Origin: a virus
Taxonomy: Duplodnaviria; Caudoviricetes
IMG/VR virus record: IMGVR_UViG_3300044713_000064
Location: 7,586 to 71,585 of that record
Length of the DNA: 64,000 nt
Strand: one strand, 5' to 3'
In this document: one piece after another, positions 29,244 through 38,719 of the stretch
How positions within the stretch are numbered: the stretch's first letter is position 1
How the letters are laid out: the number at the start of each line of letters is the position of its first letter
Program-made: the position numbers and the translations under genes
Notes under the pieces: generated by a model
The model's input: only the letters and a program-made list of their open reading frames with translations
Databases searched by the model: none
What the model was told of the DNA's origin: nothing

Positions 29244-30061
29244 TGCCCATGAGCGAGGTCACAGAAGCGATTGGTCGGATCCGGCGCGCCATGCCACGGA
29301 ATGCCGATGCCATGCTGATCTGCGATGAGCTTGATCGGAGACTTCGATCAAATCCGACCGAGACTCCGAAATTAACCCGAGCTGAGATCCAACGGAACTA
29401 CCGGATCCGTCAGAAGGCCAAGAAGGAACAATCCTGATGCCGTTCGAAGAGCTTGAGACGATCACCCGGGCGAATGCGCCGCCGATGGCGACGATCTCCT
29501 ATTCGCTGGCTCAGAAGCCGAAGGGCGGTCCGGTCAAAGGCGACAAGAAGCCTCGCCTCGTCATCACGCTGCCGACGACGCTCTGCGGAACGTCTAAGTC
29601 AGAGACATTCCGACTCCTGATCGGTACTGGGGCGGACGCCGGCAAGCTTATGATCAAGGGAGACGGGGTTTCGCGCGGCGGCGTCGCACCATCTCAGCAT
29701 GCGCATTTCTTTCGCTGGAACTTCGGCTTCGTTCCGCGCCTAGGCGATGACAAGTTCGAAGGCCAGAAGTTGCCGGTCCGCAAAATCTCCGAAGAGGAAT
29801 TCGAGATCTCGGTTCCGGTGAGTTGGTTCGAGGGGGCAATCGAGGAGATCCCATCGATTCTGAAGAAGACGAGAGTGGCGTGATGCTCTACGTCACCCGA
29901 GAGCACATCCCCGCGGGATCGTCGGTCTACGTCAGCGAGATCGACGGGCTTGCTCAGAAGGATTCGCCCGTGTGGGGATTTTATCTTGGCGATGCGGTCG
30001 AGGCATTGCGCGAAGGTTTCCGGGTCGTCGAGCGCGACGGCGAAGTTCGAGAGGATGATGC

Positions 30062-30949
30062 GTGATGGACCTTAACCCCTACGACGAGCTCGGCGTGGCG
30101 CGCGATGCGACCGAGGCGGATGTCCGCAAGGCCTATCGCAAGAAGGCCAAGTCGACGCATCCAGACAGCGGGGGAGATCCCGCGGAATGGTCCCGCGTCT
30201 GCACATCGCTCGCGGTCCTGACCGATCCCAAGAAGCGCAAGACCTTCGACGACACCGGCCGCATTGAAGAGGATCGGCCGGACAACGATCGTGCGGCCGC
30301 GCTGCAGATCATAGAAATGCACATGGGCACGATCTGCAACGATTTCATCCAGAGCGGATTCCTGCCCGAGCGCGACCCGCGCCGCATGGACGTCATCAAG
30401 GTGATTCGCCACGAGGTGACATCTGAGATCGCCGAAGCCAAGGTCGGCATCAAGGGCGGCGAAAAGGTCGTCGCGTTCATGCGCGACATGGCGAAGCGAT
30501 TCACCCAGGCCAAGATGGCCGCGGCCGGCGAGCCGGATCCGATCGGCCGCGGCCTCGAGCTGCAGATCCGCAACGCCGAAGAGCAGATCGCCGGCATCCG
30601 CGCCAATGTGCGCCAGCGCGAGTTGGTGCTGACGATCCTGGATGGCTACCGGTTTGAGATGGATCGGCCGCGCGACGAGGCCCGAGCGCGCTCAATTCGC
30701 CTTCAACGAGTTTCCGATTGGCGCCATGAGGTGGTGATGATCGCAATCGGCTCAGCATTATCCGGCGCAGACAAGAGCGCGCTCTACCGGCTTAAGAAGT
30801 ACGGCGAGCTCAAGATTGACGACGAAGGCGTTTTCAGCGTTCCAGGGAAATACTGGTCAATCACCCTCAAGCAGATGGATCGGCTTGAGCATATGGGCCT
30901 TTGCAAGATCCAATGCGTCGGCCAGAGCGTCTTTGCGGTGCCGACATGA
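30062..30949 (+). CDS. J-domain (DnaJ) protein, possibly fused to a downstream gene
   Basis: NPYDELGVARDATEADVRKAYRKKAKSTHPDSGG with the HPD motif. Confidence 0.85.
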   Translation: MMDLNPYDELGVARDATEADVRKAYRKKAKSTHPDSGGDPAEWSRVCTSLAVLTDPKKRKTFDDTGRIEEDRPDNDRAAALQIIEMHMGTICNDFIQSGFLPERDPRRMDVIKVIRHEVTSEIAEAKVGIKGGEKVVAFMRDMAKRFTQAKMAAAGEPDPIGRGLELQIRNAEEQIAGIRANVRQRELVLTILDGYRFEMDRPRDEARARSIRLQRVSDWRHEVVMIAIGSALSGADKSALYRLKKYGELKIDDEGVFSVPGKYWSITLKQMDRLEHMGLCKIQCVGQSVFAVPT

Positions 30950-31441
30950 AGCGTCCGCGCGCCGACATGCTGACCAAGCCAGAGGCGCCAGCGGAGCCCG
31001 TGTATCGACGCCCGCCGCCTATCCACGCTGGCGATATCCCGAAGCTCTGCTCGAACTGCCAGCACTTCCGGCCGAGCAAATCCAGCCGATACCGCGGTGA
31101 TTGCCGCAATGGCATCTCGGGGCGGCTGACCACCGACGCCGGCGAGAAGTGCGAATACGGATTTTACCCGTCGGTTGAGCGGTTCCCGCTGCGCGCCGGG
31201 CCCGGGTGCGTCAGGTGAGGAATGGCCTCGTCACGTTGACGGCGATGCACTGGGATGGCGAATTGCCACTGCCTGGTCATTGCGTCAAAGCGGACAAGGG
31301 TCGCACGGCCTACATCGTCATTGAGGTTCGTCGGCCACGCAAGCCTGATACGAAGTACGTCGCCAAGTTCATTTGCGAGCGATATGCGGCGAGCCGGCTT
31401 CCTGATGGCGCGGTCATTCATCCTTGGTGCTGGGCCCAACG

Positions 31442-31771
31442 GTGACGAGATCATTCGTCAGGTCTCGGCGGCAGAACGGCAATCCATGCACCTATTGCGC
31501 GCGGCCGATGAGCACGGATGTCCCGCTGCTCTACCCGACACGGGATCACGTCGAACCGAGATCCAAGGGCGGCCGCCTTCTGGTTTGGGCATGCTCCACG
31601 TGCAACCACGTCAAGCGGGACATGACCGAAGAGCAGTGGGCGGTGTACCGATTTGAGCATGATTATTGGTGGAGACCGGGCCGGCGCCGAGTGCCTACGA
31701 ATTGGAGGCCGCACCATCATCGCGAAAATGCCGGCTGCCCAAAGTCTTTCGCCGCCGAGGAATCCAAGTGA
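31442..31771 (+). CDS. HNH endonuclease adjacent to the terminase
   Basis: CTYC...TRDHVEPRSKGG...ACSTCNHVK; GTGA-coupled to terL. Confidence 0.8.
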   Translation: MTRSFVRSRRQNGNPCTYCARPMSTDVPLLYPTRDHVEPRSKGGRLLVWACSTCNHVKRDMTEEQWAVYRFEHDYWWRPGRRRVPTNWRPHHHRENAGCPKSFAAEESK

Positions 31772-33459
31772 ACCTCCCCAAGATCGAGTACCAGACCGAG
31801 AGCCTCCCGGTTCTGGCGATGAACTGGAAGCAGCCCGAGTATGCGGCAATCTTCCGGGCGCGGCTCGAGAACCTTGATCGGATCCGAGAGCATCCGGAGA
31901 TCGTTCCGGAGCTCAAGGCCTATTACGCCGCCCATCCCGCAGATTTCATTAACGACTTCGGCGTCACGTTCGACCCTCGCCAGGCAGACATCGGACAGCC
32001 CACGCTGTTGCCCTTCATTCTGTTCCCGCGCCAGCGTGAATGGATCGACTGGGTGATGGACCGGTGGAAGAATCGTCGACCTGGCCTGTGCGAAAAGTCC
32101 CGCGACATGGGCGTATCGTGGTTGGCGCTTTCGCTCTCATGCACCCTGTGCCTATTTCATGATGGAATCGCGATCGGCTTCGGATCCCGGAAGACGGAAT
32201 ACGTTGACCGGATAGGCACCTTCAAGCCGCTCCTGCCGAAGGGGCGGATGTTCATGGAACACCTGCCCGAGGAGTTCCGTGGCGGGTTCGTCCCCTGGCG
32301 CGATGCGCCATACATGCGAATCACGTTCCCCGAGACCGGCTCCATCATCGCTGGCGAAGGCGGTGATGACATCGGCCGCGGAGACCGTACGACTCTGTAT
32401 TTCTTCGACGAGGAAGCCCACCACCCGCGCCAGGAGCTCGTAGCAGCTGCTCTATCGCAGACGACCAATTGCCAGATCGGCATGAGCTCGGTCCGCGGCA
32501 TGAACAACCTGTTCGCGCAGAAGCGATGGGGCGGCAAGATTGACGTCTTCATCTTCGATTGGCGCGAGGATCCGCGCAAGGACGAGGCCTGGTACGAGCG
32601 CCAATGCGAGGATCTGGATCCGGTCATCGTCGCCCAGGAGATCGACCGGGATTATTCGGCCTCGATCCATGGTGTGGTCATCCCAGGCCTATGGGTGCGC
32701 GCGGCGATCGACGCCAAGAAAAAGCTCGGCATCGCGCCGTCCGGGAAGAAGGGCGTTGCGTTCGATGTCGCCGACGAAGGAGACGACAAGAACGCGATCG
32801 CGCGCTGCGAGGGAACCGAGGTAGTCGAGACTGACGAGTGGAGCGGCAAGGGCGGCGATATCTTCTCGTCGACGGAATACGTCTTCGACGTCTGCGACGA
32901 AAACGGGTACACCGAGTTCCGGTACGATGCCGACGGCATGGGCGCCGACGTCCGCGGCGACGCCAGGGTGATCAACGAGCGGCGGGTCAAGAACAAGGCA
33001 CGGGTGATTCGGGCGATCGGCTATCGCGGCTCGGAAGGGGTCTATGATCCGGAAGGGATCGTAGAGGGCACCATCGGGTCGGAGGGCGACGCCGGCCGCA
33101 CGAATCAGGACTATTTCGGGAACCACAAGGCGCAATCATGGTGGTCGTTGCGGAAGCGGTTCCAGCGGACCTATCGCTGGGTCGAGACTGGGGTTGCCTG
33201 CGCGCCGGACGACATCATCTCGCTGAATTCCGAGAATCCGAACCTGATGAAGTTGGTCGCGGAGCTGAGCCAGGCCACCTACAAGCAAAACGAGGTCGGC
33301 AAGATCATCATTGAAAAGAAGCCGGCCGGCCGGAAGAGCCCGAACCAAGCCGACGCGGTCGTGATCCATTACGCACCGATGGAGCAACCGCCGGTCGAGA
33401 TCACGATGGACATGCTGAGGCAGATCGCGCAGGCAGGCGCGCCGCAACGGAGACGGTAA
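31768..33459 (+). CDS. terL: Terminase large subunit
   Basis: PFILFPRQ, EKSRDMGVSW (Walker A variant), YFFDEEAH (Walker B), FDVADEGDD and KSPNQADAV (nuclease). Confidence 0.95.
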   Translation: MNLPKIEYQTESLPVLAMNWKQPEYAAIFRARLENLDRIREHPEIVPELKAYYAAHPADFINDFGVTFDPRQADIGQPTLLPFILFPRQREWIDWVMDRWKNRRPGLCEKSRDMGVSWLALSLSCTLCLFHDGIAIGFGSRKTEYVDRIGTFKPLLPKGRMFMEHLPEEFRGGFVPWRDAPYMRITFPETGSIIAGEGGDDIGRGDRTTLYFFDEEAHHPRQELVAAALSQTTNCQIGMSSVRGMNNLFAQKRWGGKIDVFIFDWREDPRKDEAWYERQCEDLDPVIVAQEIDRDYSASIHGVVIPGLWVRAAIDAKKKLGIAPSGKKGVAFDVADEGDDKNAIARCEGTEVVETDEWSGKGGDIFSSTEYVFDVCDENGYTEFRYDADGMGADVRGDARVINERRVKNKARVIRAIGYRGSEGVYDPEGIVEGTIGSEGDAGRTNQDYFGNHKAQSWWSLRKRFQRTYRWVETGVACAPDDIISLNSENPNLMKLVAELSQATYKQNEVGKIIIEKKPAGRKSPNQADAVVIHYAPMEQPPVEITMDMLRQIAQAGAPQRRR

Positions 33460-33677
33460 TGGGGCGGAAATCTCGCAGGCATTTGAGCGAATCGAATCTG
33501 GCTGGGATGATCGAGAGCTATCGCGCCGGCGAGAAGGTGTCGGTGATCTGCGTTTTGTTCGATGTGGACCAGAAGACGCTGTGGCGGCGGATGCGGCGGG
33601 CAGGCGAGCCGGCGCGGAAATGTGGGAATAGGCCGCGGATTCCTGTGGACACGGGGGACAAATCTCCCTATGTGTAA
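33459..33677 (+). CDS. Small HTH protein
   Basis: YRAGEKVSVICVLFDVDQKTLWRRMRRAG. Confidence 0.6.
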   Translation: MGRKSRRHLSESNLAGMIESYRAGEKVSVICVLFDVDQKTLWRRMRRAGEPARKCGNRPRIPVDTGDKSPYV

Positions 33678-33744
33678 TTCACGCGGGGAGCCAATGTCCG
33701 CGGACCTCCATGCTGGCGGTGGGCCCTCCAAGTCGCCGCTGGCA

Positions 33745-33791
33745 ACGAAGGCGGCCGAGAAAGCGCCCCCAGCTCGGCCGCCTTTTCGTTT
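33745..33791 (+). terminator. Terminator-like hairpin
   Basis: AACGAAGGCGGCCGAG...CTCGGCCGCCTTTTCGTTT. Confidence 0.55.
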
Positions 33792-34145
33792 CACGATAAA
33801 CATTTCCTCCGTCTAGGAGCTTACGCGCGGAAGGCAAAAGACGGTGCGACACCTGCATAGTGGTGTGGCTTAGGGAAGGACTGGCGGCCTTCGGGTGCGG
33901 CCCAGCGGTGGAGAGAACCGGTCCCTGCTATTCATTTCGGAGCCAGTATAACGGGGCAAATAAGGGCAATCACAAATGAACGTCGGAGAGTTGAGAGAGG
34001 CGCTAAAGGGCGTAACCGATGACACGCCGATCGCTTTTGGGACCGACTGGATTGGAGAGTGGAAGAACGCTACTGAGGCTAAGGTCCGATGGGTCGTTCC
34101 TGGGCGGGATGGCTGCGCTTGGGCCAAAACTCGGAAGGGAACCAG

Positions 34146-34433
34146 ATGAGTTATTCGATTTCAGCGACGGCTGACACCAAGGAAGACGCCGCCCGGCAGA
34201 TCAAGGAGCGGTTCGACGCCATCGTGGTATCGCAGCCGAGCCATGCCGCGGACAAGGAAGCGGCGCTCGCTGCGGCCGGCGCCTTCATCGACCTCCTTGC
34301 GGATCCGCCTCAGGGCCATGAGGTCTACGTGAGCATGTACGGCTCGCTGAGTTGGCATCACGAGACCCCAGAAGAGTTCATCGCCGCCGGCTGCTCTGTC
34401 AGCGTCTCGCTGCGCAAAGTCGGCGGAATCTGA
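34146..34433 (+). CDS. Hypothetical protein
   Basis: MSYSISATADTKEDAARQI...VYVSMYGSLSW; ATGA-coupled to a 57-aa ORF at 33976-34149. Confidence 0.6.
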   Translation: MSYSISATADTKEDAARQIKERFDAIVVSQPSHAADKEAALAAAGAFIDLLADPPQGHEVYVSMYGSLSWHHETPEEFIAAGCSVSVSLRKVGGI

Positions 34434-34538
34434 ATAGGTTGGCGGCCGGGGACGCCCGGCTAGACGGTACTGAGGGTCCGGGTCCACGCTGGTGTAGTGA
34501 AGCGGGTAGCCTTCGGTGTTCGTGACGCCAACGTAAGG

Positions 34539-34675
34539 TTCTGACGGCGGCGTGAGAGAATCGCCCGCCAGCATCCCGGACTATAACGGGGTTCAGTCGC
34601 CCGCTCTGGTCACAGCGCACGGACTGTCGGGAAAATCATGTCCGTTAAGCCGGTTTGAGACCGGCCCGTCAGGAA
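34539..34675 (+). ncRNA. Putative tRNA-like structured RNA
   Basis: TTCTGACGG (34539) pairs with CCGTCAGGA (34666), directly preceded by a T-arm-like GCCGG-TTTGAGA-CCGGC. Internal hairpins are present and a GC hairpin plus T-run follows at 34676-34714. Confidence 0.4.
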
Positions 34676-35162
34676 GCGGCCCCGGTACGCCAGCCCGCCG
34701 GGGCCGTTGCTTTTGGCGGCGTGCCATGGTTGATTGCGTTTTCAAACTTGAAATCAAATCAAGTGAGGATCGGGGTCATGGCCTTTATCAACATCGACGC
34801 GCCTGGCAACGGCTTCAACCGGCACGCCGTCCGGACCATCCAGAAGCGCGCCGGCGCGGAGGACCGCAAGGCCGCTGCGGAGGCCCGCCGCGCCCGCCGG
34901 AACGCCACGCGCGCACCTGAGCCCGTCTCTCGCCCCATCTGGTCGACCGCCTGTGACAGCATGGCGGATCTGGACCTGCCGCCGACCGCGGTCACCGCCC
35001 GCTAACGCGGCTTGAATCCATCCGACTTTGCAGATAGAAAATGAAAGCCCGGCTCGAGTTTGCGACTCGGCCGGGCAAATCCGCAGGCATCCTTGGCAGG
35101 GTTTGCGGAAGTTGGTCAGATCTTTGAATAGACGCAAGCATGCTCTTTTTCAAGATCAAAAT

Positions 35163-35690
35163 GTTCAAAGATGTTCAAAAAGTTCAAAGATGCCTGCCAG
35201 CCCGGCTGCCGCCGATTGAGCCTCGGATCATCCTTCATCGCAAAGCGAGCCTCGCCGTAGAACGGAGCGAGGGAGTAACGACGAGCGGGAACTTCACCTT
35301 CCGACCGTGATCGATTGCCGCCAAGGGGATCGATTGGAAACTGAGGCAAGTACGGCATTTTTGTTTCCTGTTTGCGGGAGAGTGATTCGCAAGCCCGGGC
35401 GGCTGGCCCCCGATATCATGGGCACCTCAGCTATACTCGCTGCCACCCTCGGGGTGGAATGCTTGGTACCTCAACCGCATGGCATAGATGCCGGGTCTTG
35501 CGGAAGGACGGCTATGCCTTTAACAGTTCAAAGAATGTTCAAAGCCGGGGCGATTCGATGGCGCGTGGCGGATTTAGGAAAAACAGCGGGCCGAAGCTTG
35601 ATGCAGATGGAAAGGCATTGAAGCCGTACAAGCGTCGCGATGGTGAAAGTTCAGAGAGTTCAAACGGGGAAAGTTCAAACGTTGTTCAAA
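35163..35690 (+). repeat. Clustered GTTCAAA direct repeats
   Basis: Perfect copies at 35163, 35173, 35182, 35526, 35537, 35658, 35673, 35684; variants at 35154 and 35649. Confidence 0.75.
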
Positions 35691-38506
35691 TGCGCGCGGC
35701 CAAGGCTGTGCCGGCCGAGTCAAAGGCCGAAGATGGCCCCGCGATCGATCCTCGCGCATGGGCGATGATGCTCCCCGAGATCGAGGAGATCAGCCGGCGG
35801 TACTCGTCCAAGAAAGAGCGGACATCGGCCGACAACCCGTTCCAGCTGCCGGCGTTCCCCAAGGCCGCGGTTCCAACCGATCCCAAGCTTCAGATGGCGC
35901 AGGACAGCGCCTTGACGGCCAATCTGGGGTTTGCCTCGAATCAGTGGCTCGCCGGCGGGGATGGCGGATTCGCCGGCGAAGGCTTCATGTTCTTGGGCTA
36001 CACCTATCTCTCGGAACTCGCGCTGCGCCCCGAGTACCGCGTCATGGCCGAGACGATCGCCGATGATGCCACCCGGAAGTGGATTGATTTCGACGTCGTG
36101 GGCGATGAGAAGAAGCAGCAAGAGGACCGCGAGAAGGACCCGGCCGGATACGATGAGCGCATGGCCGATCCGGCCGAGCGCAAGAAGCGCGTGGATGGCG
36201 CCGGCAAGACCGACAAGGTCAAGGCGCTGCAGGACGACCAGCTGCGCCTGGCGGTCAGGGACCGCTATTACGAGCAGGCGCGCAACGGCGGATTCTTCGG
36301 CCGCTCGCATCTCTTCCACGACATCCGAACCAATTCCAAAGACAGCGGAGACGACCCGAATCTTGAGGAACTCAAATCATCGATCGGCGACGGCCGTGAT
36401 GCGGCGAGCAAAAGCAAAGTTCCGATCGGCTCATTCAAGGCGCTGAAGACTATCGAGCCCATGTGGGCCTATCCGCTGATGTACAACGCTGCGTTCCCAT
36501 GGCGCCAGGACTGGTACAATCCGCAAGTCTGGTACGTGAACGGTCAGGAGTTTCACGGCTCGCGGCTGCTCACGTTCATCCCACATCCGGTGCCGGACAT
36601 GCTCAAGCCGGCTTATGCGTTCGGCGGGCTGAGCCTGACGCAGATGGCCAAGCCATACGTCGATCGCTGGATCACGACCGTCTCGAGCGTCAACGCGCTG
36701 ATCCACTCGTTCTCGGTCATGGTGTTAGCCACCGATCTGTCGACGCTGATGCAGCCGGGCAACATGGCCCCGCTGATGGCGCGCGTGGCGATGTTCAATA
36801 TGTTCCGCGACAACCAGGGCACGTTCGTCATCAACAACAAGACGGAAGATTTCAAGAATGTCAGCGCTTCGCTGGCCGGCCTGCACGAGCTCCAAGCTCA
36901 AGCTCAGGAGCACATGGCTTCGATCAACCGCATTCCGCTTGTCAAATTCACTGGGATTCAACCATCAGGCTTGAACGCATCGAGTGAAGGTGAGATCGAA
37001 GTTTATGACGACACGATCGGAGCGTATCAGGCGCGCGTGCTCGATGGCAACCTTCGCACGACGATAAATTTCGAACAACTGTCGTTATGGGGCGAGATCG
37101 ATCCTGAGATCACGCATCGATGGCAGGAACTCCGCCCGATGACCCAGGCCGAGCGCGGCCAGAAGCAGAAGGATGATGCAGACACCCGTCAGAAGTACGT
37201 CGACATGGGGTCTTTCTCGCCGCAGGAAATCCGCAAGATCGCGATAGAGGATCCGGAATTGCCGTTTGGTGGGCTGGATCCAGACGACGCTCCGGAGCCG
37301 CCGGCCGAAGAGGGCCTGCTCGGGCCAGGCGCCGGCTCTGCGGCGACCGAGTTCGAGAAGGAAGCCAGCGGCCAAGGCGGCGAATCAGATCAGGGAGGCG
37401 GGGCTAGCGATGCCGTCCTCCCTTTCCTCGCGGGCGACGCTGAGTTCGTGGAATCGGAGCACCCGCGCGCACCGGACGGCAAGTTCGGAAGTGGCGGCGG
37501 AACCTCAGCGCCGGCCGGGCATCCCCATGGGAGCACGCCGAAATTCCACGCAATGGTCACGAAGCACAAGATCCCAGAGGCGGCCAGTGACGTCGCTAAG
37601 TCGGCGCGCGCTCTGAAACAAAAGCAGGGCACCGTTGCCAAATACGCCAAGTACATCGCGGTGATCAATGAGAAGGTGAACGAGATCACCAATTCGCAGT
37701 CTGATTCGGACCAACTCATTTCGCTGCAAGGGATCGCCGAAGCTCCGACACCCGACGAAATTAACGATTACGCGCGCGGGTTGGTCCGGGAGGGCAAGGT
37801 CAAGGACGTCCTGGGATTCGAAGACGACAAGGAGGGATTCAAGGACTTGATGCAGGAGCTCAGCCCGCAAGAGAAGCAAGACCTGATGATGCTCAAGGGG
37901 CGGCTGGAAGCGCTTTACCCGAAGGCGTTTGAAGCCGCGAAAGAAACCCGGAAGCTCGCGCTCGAGACTGAGAAGGCGATGAAGGTCATGCGGAAGCGGA
38001 TTGAGAAATCACCGATGTACGATGATTTCGAAGATCAGGACGACGTCGAGCATCTCTATGCGGATCGGATGGCGATGATCTCTGAGGATAACCCGGAAGA
38101 CCTCGACGATCTGATCGGGATCACGAGCTATCTCGCTGATGAGCCAATATCGGCCGAATATGCCGAGATTCTCCAGGGTCAGAAGGATGACATCGATGAA
38201 TCGGCCGCCGAGCGGAGACGGTTCGACGCTCTCTCAGAAGAGGAGCAGGCGAAGGAATTGGCGGAAAAGGCCGAGAAAGAGCGGCTTGATAAGGCGATGG
38301 AGGACAAGCATCGCGAATTGACGATTGAGATCGCCATGCGGGACGGCTGGAAACCGGAATTCAATGACATCGGCAGCGTGACGAATCGGCCTGAGAGCGT
38401 GAAACAGGTCGCGTCATCGCCGACCAGCATCGGGAAAATGTACCGGTTCCTTCAGAAATCAGGCGTTGAGATCCCCGAGGCCGGGAAGCGGTTCCTGGAT
38501 TGGTGA
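35558..38506 (+). CDS. Portal protein (DUF1073 family) with a long C-terminal extension
   Basis: FLGYTYLSELALRPEYR, FHGSRLLTF, LKPAYAFGGLSLTQ, IPLVKFTGIQPSGLNASSEGEIEVYDD, then LAGD-AEFVESEHPRAPDGKFGSGGG and a ~350-aa acidic domain. Confidence 0.9.
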   Translation: MARGGFRKNSGPKLDADGKALKPYKRRDGESSESSNGESSNVVQMRAAKAVPAESKAEDGPAIDPRAWAMMLPEIEEISRRYSSKKERTSADNPFQLPAFPKAAVPTDPKLQMAQDSALTANLGFASNQWLAGGDGGFAGEGFMFLGYTYLSELALRPEYRVMAETIADDATRKWIDFDVVGDEKKQQEDREKDPAGYDERMADPAERKKRVDGAGKTDKVKALQDDQLRLAVRDRYYEQARNGGFFGRSHLFHDIRTNSKDSGDDPNLEELKSSIGDGRDAASKSKVPIGSFKALKTIEPMWAYPLMYNAAFPWRQDWYNPQVWYVNGQEFHGSRLLTFIPHPVPDMLKPAYAFGGLSLTQMAKPYVDRWITTVSSVNALIHSFSVMVLATDLSTLMQPGNMAPLMARVAMFNMFRDNQGTFVINNKTEDFKNVSASLAGLHELQAQAQEHMASINRIPLVKFTGIQPSGLNASSEGEIEVYDDTIGAYQARVLDGNLRTTINFEQLSLWGEIDPEITHRWQELRPMTQAERGQKQKDDADTRQKYVDMGSFSPQEIRKIAIEDPELPFGGLDPDDAPEPPAEEGLLGPGAGSAATEFEKEASGQGGESDQGGGASDAVLPFLAGDAEFVESEHPRAPDGKFGSGGGTSAPAGHPHGSTPKFHAMVTKHKIPEAASDVAKSARALKQKQGTVAKYAKYIAVINEKVNEITNSQSDSDQLISLQGIAEAPTPDEINDYARGLVREGKVKDVLGFEDDKEGFKDLMQELSPQEKQDLMMLKGRLEALYPKAFEAAKETRKLALETEKAMKVMRKRIEKSPMYDDFEDQDDVEHLYADRMAMISEDNPEDLDDLIGITSYLADEPISAEYAEILQGQKDDIDESAAERRRFDALSEEEQAKELAEKAEKERLDKAMEDKHRELTIEIAMRDGWKPEFNDIGSVTNRPESVKQVASSPTSIGKMYRFLQKSGVEIPEAGKRFLDW

Positions 38507-38719
38507 GGATCAGCGAGGCTTGATTGAGCTCATTGCAGCGCGGCCGATATACTCGGCATAAGCCGGTGGGATCGCCTGGGTCATTCTCCGTTGTGTTCGA
38601 TCACCAAACCATACGCCCTTCCGAAAATATGTCAATAGATCGCATCAATAAATCGTAGATATTTATCCCCGATTGTGCAATATGGGCGGAACGGCGATAA
38701 TGACCGAATGGAGGTTCCA

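Noticed and set aside
34539-34675. Canonical tRNA or tmRNA
   Set aside because: T-loop is TTTGAGA, there is no CCA and no 7-nt anticodon arm of normal geometry, and I see no tag reading frame.
35372-35557. ORF-track N-terminal extension of the portal (1044 aa)
   Set aside because: The TTG start lies in a hairpin-rich non-coding-looking stretch; ATG 35558 with a GGGG SD-like sequence is more plausible.
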